Source: Salpingoeca rosetta (lineage: Eukaryota; Protista; Choanoflagellata). From it: DNA of 64,000 bases. The stretch covers positions 2,502,973 through 2,566,972 of the forward strand of contig JAWQFM010000001.1 in the NCBI GenBank assembly GCA_033442325.1, given 5' to 3'. Each line of letters opens with the position of its first letter. Within the stretch, counting starts at the first letter, position 1. Both the position numbers and the translations under genes were made by a program. Under the pieces are notes generated by a model. That model was not told the DNA's origin. It did no database searches and saw only the letters and a list, made by a program, of their open reading frames with translations. Positions 48,735 through 64,000 of the stretch are shown in pieces.

Positions 48735-51694
48735 TTACAGCTTCTCGCACTCGCGGAGCAGATTCAAATCGGGCGACTCAATGTGATCCTGGTGACGGTG
48801 CATGGGATGATGACGCAGTATAAGACGAGAGCAAGCCGACAGCAATGCCACGCGTGCACACACATACACAGACACACACAGACACACACACACAGACACA
48901 CACACACAACACAGACACACACACACACAACACAGACACACACAGCACAGACACACAGACACACACACACACAACACACACAACACAGACACACACACAA
49001 CACAGACACACACAGCACAGACACACACACACACACACAACACAAACACACAGACACACACACACACACACACACAACACAGACACACACAGGCAAGGGC
49101 TGACCTTGCTCTGGATGAGCCGCAGCTCCTTGTGTCGCGCCGTCGGTGCTTCCACATGGCGACAGTACTCGTACGTGCGCTGGCACACACCCTGCACACC
49201 CCACATCACACAGGCGACTCGTGGTGTGAGCACGCACACACACACGCACACTCACTCACAAAGCAACAGACATAGAGACAGACAGGCAGGCAGAGACAGA
49301 CAGAGAGACAGGCAGGCAGGCACCCACACCCACACCTACACCCACACCCACACCCACACACCCACACACCACACACACCCACACCCANNNNNNNNNNNNN
49401 NNNNNNNNNNNNNNNNNNNNNNNNNNNNNNNNNNNNNNNNNNNNNNNNNNNNNNNNNNNNNNNNNNNNNNNNNNNNNNNNNNNNNNNAAACGCGATATAG
49501 GTACGTCAATGGCGAAAGTGATTCGCCATTCCACTAATTCTCTGCCCGTCTTCGTGAATGCGAAGTGAATTGAAGCCCCAGTCGTGGTGGTAACTCCCCC
49601 CACGACTTCGCCTGGCATCGAATTGGAAACGAGGTGAAGTTCAACCCCCCTAATTGACTAGTCAAGAATATCATGGTCTTTATGCGAAGTATTTATAAAT
49701 AATGCCCCCCCCCCTTACAAAAAAAAATAACAATCCACCCATATAAAATTCCCCCCATATCCCCCCCCCCCTCCCCCCACACACACACCTACCTGAAGGG
49801 ACGCTGCTGCCTTTGCGACCGCTGTCATCGGGTCTGCAGGCGCCTCCCACGTGCGCGCGAGGATGAGCGCAGAGAGCAGGTCGCCTGATAACGCGTGCGG
49901 AAATGGTGATGTGGCCGTCGTGGTCACACAACTCACGACCAAGACACACACAACACTGCCACACACGGTCACACGGTCACACAGTCACACAGTCACACAC
50001 ACGCAAACACGCACATGCACACACAAACACGCACACACACACGCAAACACACACACATACACACACCTACCTGTGCCGGTGAAGTAGAAATCGAACCGAG
50101 GAACAGTGAGGCGGTATCGTGTCAGCTCAGACGTCACGTCTCCGTCACCTCCATCACCGTCCGCAGTGCTCCCCTGTGCCGCTTCTGCCTGTTCCTTGCT
50201 CCGCTGTGGATGGGCACAGCCGAGCAAGGTAATCCGCTCGCGGGTGTCGCCATGGAAGCTGGTCAGCACGGCGTGCTTGATACCGAGTGCCAAGCACCGC
50301 TGCAGCGCCTCAAACGCCATCGCCTCAGATTTGATGTCGCACTCTAAAATGGGGCGGCGTGTTGCGGTGTGCGTCGTGTGAACAATGGAGCGGGTGAGTG
50401 CATATGGGGCGTGGGTGAGATGCAAGATGTGCGAGAGTGGTGTCGGTTGTGTGAGGGTGTTACATTGGACAGTAGGCAGAGGGTGATGAACGTCCATGAG
50501 AGGAGGAGGCGCATTGCAGTTGCACAACAGGCAGGATATCGCCGAGAGCGCTGTTCAACGGACCCAAGATCATCTCCAGCTCAAACTGGTTTGGCGTGAC
50601 AATGTCGGCGAGCGGTATCAACTCTGTGCGAAACACAGGAACCAAGTCTGCACCCCATGCAAACGCGACGGCACGCGGAGGCAAATGTGTGTTTGAAAGA
50701 CAGAAGTATCGCTATCATAGACGAGCCGTCACACGAACATTGACGGGCAGCGACACACACACGCCTCGACGATACACACACAAACACACACAAACACACA
50801 AACACGCGCGCGCAACCTGCTGGGACGTAGAGTTGGCCATGGTCTCCGAGGACTGGGTCGCACACGTACACAATATCCGGGTTCACCTTGTTGTTGTGGT
50901 GGTGGGGAAGAGAGCTAATTGGTGAGCTGGTTGAGGCAGTCAGTCAGTCCATGAGCACAGCGCAGACTTTGCATGCACCCACACACACACACCCACACCC
51001 ACACCCACACACCCACCCCCCCCACACACCTCCTTGAGTTTCCGCACAATGCACACAACAGTGGAGAGGAACTCCGCACTGCCAACATAGCCTGTGTTGG
51101 ACAAGGCGCGGCCAAGGGGGGAAGCAGGTTACATGCATGCATGCGCGCGTGTGCAAGCGTGTGTGTGTATGGCAGAAACGGAGGCTTTGGATGTGCATGC
51201 ACACGTGCTGTGGCGTGGTGCAATGCCAACGCATGTGGGTGGAAACATGGGTGCATGCTCGCAGGTGCACGAGACAACGCACCTGTGAGAATGTGGGTGT
51301 AGGAGAGAAGGTCGTTGTGCTCGAGTCCAGAGAAGAGGTCCCACAGCTCCTCGGCCGTCTGCTTTGTCCCTTTGACTTGCGAGTACCCTGCAGGGGTGAG
51401 AGCAGGTCGGCAAGAAGGATGAGCCGTGCGGAAGAGAGGAGATGTACGTGTGCAGAGTGTGTGGTGATGAGGAAGCCGAAGGGACAGTCGCAAACACACA
51501 CACACACACACACACACAGACACACACACACACACACAGACACAGACACACACAGACACAGACACAGACACAGACACAGAAACAGACAAACACACACACA
51601 CGGACAGACAGACAGACACAGACACGCACACACACACACACACAGACGCACACACACACAGACGCACACACACACACACACACAAGCACACGGG

Positions 51695-51736
<42 letters not shown>

Positions 51737-51880
51737 CACAGACACACCTGTGTGGTTTGAGAACTGGACAGAGTTGATGGCGTCCACGTCAAAGCCAAGC
51801 ACTTGGAGTGGGAAGGTCGCTGCCTTGTTCCCGACGTAGCCATGCACCACATGGCTCTGAATCGACAGCACCCGTGCCAT
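48735..51880 (-). CDS. PDXK: Pyridoxal kinase, multi-exon
   Basis: [46 protein letters not shown]; YVCDPVLGD; TPNQFELE; FTGTGDLLSAL; [14 protein letters not shown]. Confidence 0.96.
49388..49487. other. Assembly gap (100 N) within a PDXK intron
   Basis: Run of N. Confidence 1.
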
Positions 51881-51982
51881 GTCGTGATGTGTTGTTGTGA
51901 CAGGTGTTTGTGAAAGTGGTGGTGTGTCAGCGCGCAATAATTGGCGTCTGTTGTTGTTTGTGTTTGTTGTGCATGCACTCTG

Positions 51983-54031
<2,049 letters not shown>

Positions 54032-54406
54032 CGTGGCATGTGTCCTATCGTGTGGTGTTGTGGTGTTTGCATGCGCCCTGTTGCTGGTCTGTAACCGTTA
54101 CTGTCATGTAGATCACCCACCCAACCAACCAACCAAGGAGTAGCTATTGATGTGCTTGTTATGTTTGGCCACACCCATTTGTCGCTTCTCCAAACTGTAT
54201 TGCTGTGTTGTGTACTGTGACAACGAGGGTAAAGCACATCGCTACATTGCTCGCTTTCTCCCCATCACGCAAACAGCAGACCACAACGCTCAACTCTCTC
54301 AAATACCACCTTCATCACGTATGCTTCAACAAAGGAATAACGGAACAACAGAGACACCATGTGTGTACGTGAATGTGTAAGTGAAAGTGTGTGTGTGTGT
54401 GTGTGT

Positions 54407-55978
54407 TCACCGGGCGTGCTGTGCTCTGTGCTGCGCTGCGTCGTCACCGCTGGAGAAGCGAGCGCGAATCACAAACCACGCCGTGCACGCTGCAACAAAG
54501 GGCAAATTAAAACGTGAGAGTAAGCGTGTGCATGTGTACGGTGTGTGAGCACGGATGTGTGTGCGTGCAAGCAGTTGCCATCTGTTCACATATGAATGTG
54601 TGTGAAGTGCTCACCGCAGAGGAGCGTGGCGCCGTAGATGGGCAGCAGAAACCCGACACATGTCGTCTTGTCAGCATCAATCGTCTGCACACCGCAGGAG
54701 AAATGGGATGGAGTGGAGGCGTTACATCCAAATCAACCACGTGCGATGTGCACACGCCGCCGCAGAGGCACAGACAAGCAAGCACTGACACAAACTCTTA
54801 CTCATATGGACACACACACACACACAGACACACACATGCACGCGATCTCACAGTCACACACTCCCGATGACTGTGTGATCTGGCATGTGGGCGCACCAGG
54901 AAGGCAACAAAGTAGTGCATAGCGAGGACGAAGAAGAGCTTCCAGTCGCGGGATGGAATGAACATCGACTTGCTGATGGTGCGCTGTTGGTGGACGGCAC
55001 GCAATGTCAAAGGCGGGCGTGAGGGGATAGCAAGGTGCACACACACACACACACACAGACATGTACACATGCAAGCACACACACCACCACACATAGACAA
55101 ACGCACGACAATGGTGCACACCTGTTCCCAGGCCTTGCCAGCGATGACGCCCCAAAAGGCGTGGCACATGACGATGGCGGCAGACACGAGAGCAGAGATG
55201 GTGAAGAGGTTGAAGTCTGGGCAGCCGCGCGCCGGGACCATACCGGGGCCAGTCATGATGTCGAGCATGTTGCTCATCATCATCACCGCAGACATGACCC
55301 CAAAGCCAAGCCCAGAGACTAAACAGTGGCGGCGTTGATGGAGGAGGCAAGAAGGCAGAGAAGAGAAAGCGATACAGGGGTTTGAGTGATAAGCAAACAG
55401 GAGAACGGAGGAGTACAGCAGCGCATCAAACACAGCAGTGCATCAAGCACAGGCGGGTGGAGAGGAATTGTGACGGTAGCCAAAGAGCGGGCGTTGATGG
55501 ACGCAATGCATGCACTCACCGAACCACAGCTTCTCGCGTGTGATGACGACATCGCCATCGGGCGTGAGGGTGCTCAGGCCCTTCTCCGCTTTGCTGTTGG
55601 CGCGAACACACGTGCATCAAAACCGGAAGCGTGAGCGGTCATCAGGCAACACAGCAATGCCACTGATACACACACACACACACACACAAACTCCACTCAT
55701 GAACAGTCGTCAAGCAAACGGACATGGGCACAGACAGCCAGATATGCAAACAGAAACATGCACACATACATACACACACGCACACGCAGACACAAATACA
55801 CAAAAGCATAGGGGTCTGCGCACAAACGTACTGCAGCATCTTCCAGAAGAAGTAGCGGAACGCCTCTTGGATGGGAACGGAAATCAGGATCACAAACCAA
55901 TAGTCATCCTGGCAAGCGCGCGCCCAAGGCATGCGTTGAGACCGACACTACCACAGCATGCATGTCGCACACGCACAC

Positions 55979-56056
<78 letters not shown>

Positions 56057-56327
56057 GCACACACACACACACACACACGTATTCATTATGCAAACGGCAA
56101 CAACGATCGGACAGTACCTGCAGCGGCGGGATAATGATCCAGATGATGCCCGTCAATAGCGCTGCCAGCAGCCACATGAATGCGCTGCAGCATGGCACGC
56201 GGTTTGTGAGGGTGACATGCAGCAAAGATACATGCCAAACCAGATGGAGACGATGCGCACGGAGTTTGCCAACTAGTCGGTCCGCACGCACACGCCCACA
56301 GCTTTGGAAGGCACCCTCGCTCCTTCT

Positions 56328-56402
<75 letters not shown>

Positions 56403-56718
56403 GCACAATCTCCATCGCCCTTGCACGTTGGTTGCGCGACAACAAACCTGGCCACGAGCACGATGACGAGTTTGGGGCTCCGCCGCACCACAAACCAGAA
56501 GATGGCCAGTGGCATCGAGAAGATGATGAACAGCGATCCCCATAGTGTCGCCTAAACCGAGCACAAGGCATGTGTGAGCGTTGTGTGCGTGCGTATGCTG
56601 TGCGTGTGTGCATGTGCGTGTGCATGCATGTGTGCATGCAAGTAGTTGGAGTTCATCAAACACAAAGGCCAGCAGCAAACCGCAATACAAACAGATGTTC
56701 CTCTCGCACCTGAGTCAT
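54407..56718 (-). CDS. APH1: Gamma-secretase subunit APH-1, multi-exon
   Basis: MTQ|ATLWGSLFIIFSMPLAIF; SAFMWLLAALL; SVPIQEAFRYFFWKML; VSGLGFGVMS (GxxxG); GPG; CHAFWGVI; MHYFVA (both conserved His). About 7 TM segments. Confidence 0.92.
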
Positions 56719-56978
56719 GATGGCGGCTGTCTGTAGGCAAAAATCAAAGCAAGGCTCTAAGTGTGGGTCTGGGTGTGTGTAGCAGTAGCAGCGGCAGCAG
56801 CAGCAGCAAACGCAAAGACAGCGCTGTGTGTGTGAGAGAGAGAAGAGGGCAAGCCAAGGCAAAGCAAGCAATCCCAGATAGGGAGGGAAAGGACTGACAC
56901 ACCTCAGCACGGCAAACAAACAACACAACCAACGTCGTTCGGTTGCAGCGGCTCCAGCAGGAAATGCCAATTTGCCAT

Positions 56979-56990
56979 GTTTCCTGCAAC
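56979..56990 (+). promoter_or_regulatory. Candidate RFX X-box upstream of CFAP74
   Basis: GTTTCCTGCAAC about 95 nt before the ATG, with TTGCCA half-sites on either side. Confidence 0.35.
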
Positions 56991-57084
56991 TTTTCTCCAT
57001 TGCCAACCACCAAACAAGCACGACAGCCAGCACAAACAACACAAAGCGCACCACACCACCAGCACCAGCACACCACTAGCTAGC

Positions 57085-64000
<6,916 letters not shown>

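Noticed and set aside
49488-49790. Atypical AT-richer segment with hairpins (AATGGCGAA/TTCGCCATT, AGTCGTGG/CCACGACT) and palindrome TTGACTAGTCAA, considered as an intronic ncRNA or insertion
   Set aside because: It abuts a 100-N gap, degrades into homopolymer runs, and partly resembles pUC/lacZ-alpha sequence (aattctctgcccgtc versus aattcactggccgtc). Most likely a low-quality read end; no snRNA/snoRNA motif recognised.

Overview
Gene-dense, intron-rich eukaryotic DNA in which most introns carry (GT)n/(CA)n microsatellites; there are five N-gaps. The gene content and repeat style point to a choanoflagellate, most likely Salpingoeca rosetta (inference). Reading splice junctions by hand gives 16 protein-coding genes: a secreted/receptor LRR protein running off the left edge, PRP4 kinase, SSU72, an RSG1/CPLANE2-like GTPase, a Tec/BTK-family tyrosine kinase, a C2H2+Tudor-like protein, AP-5 mu, a C2H2 protein, ZW10, a 50-aa DAPIT/ATP5MK-like microprotein, an intronless orphan, katanin p80, pyridoxal kinase, di-N-acetylchitobiase, APH-1, and CFAP74 running off the right edge. 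No RNA genes, CRISPR arrays or transposons were recognised. The strongest leads are: (1) a polar intron architecture, with GU repeats after donors and complementary CA repeats up to acceptors that lack a pyrimidine tract, suggesting structure-assisted splicing; (2) the hidden DAPIT-like microprotein; (3) a Tec kinase with the BTK Cys481 equivalent and a Tyr-containing tail; (4) a possibly new C2H2/tandem-Tudor chromatin reader; (5) a divergent RSG1 and X-box-like motifs upstream of ciliary genes. Family assignments rest on motifs recognised from memory, not on database searches.
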